Shown here: positions 31,627 through 32,246 of the stretch, one piece after another
Layout: the number at the start of each line of letters is the position of its first letter
Position numbering within the stretch: position 1 is the first letter of the stretch
NCBI GenBank assembly: GCA_964366035.1
Contig: CAYISH010000002.1
Coordinates: 1-32,246, forward strand
Reading direction: 5' to 3'
Length of the DNA: 32,246 nucleotides
Source of the DNA: an uncultured Candidatus Saccharibacteria bacterium
GTDB lineage: Bacteria > Patescibacteriota > Minisyncoccia > JACPKW01 > UBA11713
Notes under the pieces: model-generated
What the model was told of the DNA's origin: nothing
What the model saw: the letters and a program-made list of their open reading frames with translations, nothing else
The model's database searches: none
Program-made: the position numbers and the translations under genes

Positions 31627-32246
31627 CTATCTCCTTAATACTGCCTCGAGCTCTTTAAGAGAGTTCAGCAATGTTTGGAGCACCGAGGCCAAAGCGCTTT
31701 GGCCAATTTTTCTCTCCGGTGATCCCACGGAGCTTCCGACGACGCTAATGCTGAATGTGCTGTCACTGGAATCCGAAGACCCGTTCGGCAGAACCTCGCT
31801 GACCTCCGGGCAAAGACTTACATAGCACCCTCTCGCCAAAAAGATTCTTACCTTATAATTACTTCCCGCATCCGGCACATAGGAAGGAATTGTCCAACTG
31901 TATGAAGATTGATTAATCGGGACACTCCACAGATACCATCCCGTATCACCCACTCGATCAAGATTAATATTCCAAGTAAAATTCTGGTCGCCGGAAAATC
32001 CCGCCGTGAGGGGATTTGCCCATTGAATCTGATGGGTGCTCCCTTTCGCCCATTGCTCGCCGCCGTTAGGGGTAATAACTCTTAACGTTTCGTGGGAAGC
32101 CGGAGGTGGTGGCGGGAGTGCTGGGGTAGACGAGGCGGTGGGAGGAGGAGGTGGCAATAATCCGCCAGCTGGCGGAGGGGGAGGTGGTGGGGTGGTCGTT
32201 CCTGATGGCGAGGCAGGTGTGGCAGGAATTGCTGGAACCGTGGTAG
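31627..32246 (-). CDS. C-terminal part of a secreted polyproline-linked protein; the gene start is beyond the right edge
   Basis: The reading frame stays open from 32157 to the window end (...TTVPAIPATPASPSGTTTPPPPPPPAGGLLPPPPPTASST...). A beta-rich domain follows (ITPNGGEQWAKGSTHQIQW...YKVRIFLARG). Confidence 0.65.
   Translation of the reverse strand, partial: TTVPAIPATPASPSGTTTPPPPPPPAGGLLPPPPPTASSTPALPPPPPASHETLRVITPNGGEQWAKGSTHQIQWANPLTAGFSGDQNFTWNINLDRVGDTGWYLWSVPINQSSYSWTIPSYVPDAGSNYKVRIFLARGCYVSLCPEVSEVLPNGSSDSSDSTFSISVVGSSVGSPERKIGQSALASVLQTLLNSLKELEAVLRR

Noticed and set aside
1-32246. Looked for CRISPR arrays, rRNA genes, IS elements, transposases and integrases across the window
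   Set aside because: There are no regularly spaced short direct repeats and no rRNA-like sequence. No ORF has transposase (DDE) or tyrosine/serine recombinase motifs. The only repeats are those listed as features.

Overview
Gene-dense bacterial chromosomal window: about 40 genes in a compact, mostly coding layout, using the standard genetic code (TAA, TAG and TGA each terminate recognisable genes). All calls come from reading motifs by eye; no database search was possible. Housekeeping content: uvrA (5' end only) divergent from a short uvrC, purD, secG, a family-5 solute-binding protein, a cupin-type glucose-6-P isomerase, tRNA-Leu(CAG), RNase J, trpS, PMM/PGM, ychF, rpsF-ssb-rpsR, typA/bipA, a PIF1/RecD-like helicase, a SurA-N-like chaperone, obg, a NUDIX hydrolase and tRNA-Gln(CUG). 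Accessory content: a SAMHD1-like HD-domain dNTPase operon with an unknown Cys/tandem-repeat protein; a PIN toxin-antitoxin pair whose toxin carries an in-frame amber stop; a block of polyproline-linked, peptidoglycan-binding surface proteins (1225, 389 and 259 aa) with a wHTH regulator; and a small NYN + GIY-YIG two-nuclease module next to tRNA-Gln, bracketed by 134-bp perfect direct repeats. No rRNA, CRISPR array, transposase or integrase was seen. The best candidate for something undescribed is the repeat-bracketed NYN/GIY-YIG module, which also has a tRNA-like relic, a GATAAC hexamer cluster and an orphan promoter-terminator unit. The HD-dNTPase plus repeat-protein operon comes second. A window-wide pattern is that most first-in-unit genes have a -10 box 5-9 nt before the start codon and no Shine-Dalgarno, which suggests leaderless mRNAs. 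The gene repertoire and surface-protein style resemble small-genome CPR/Patescibacteria-like bacteria, but that is inference only.
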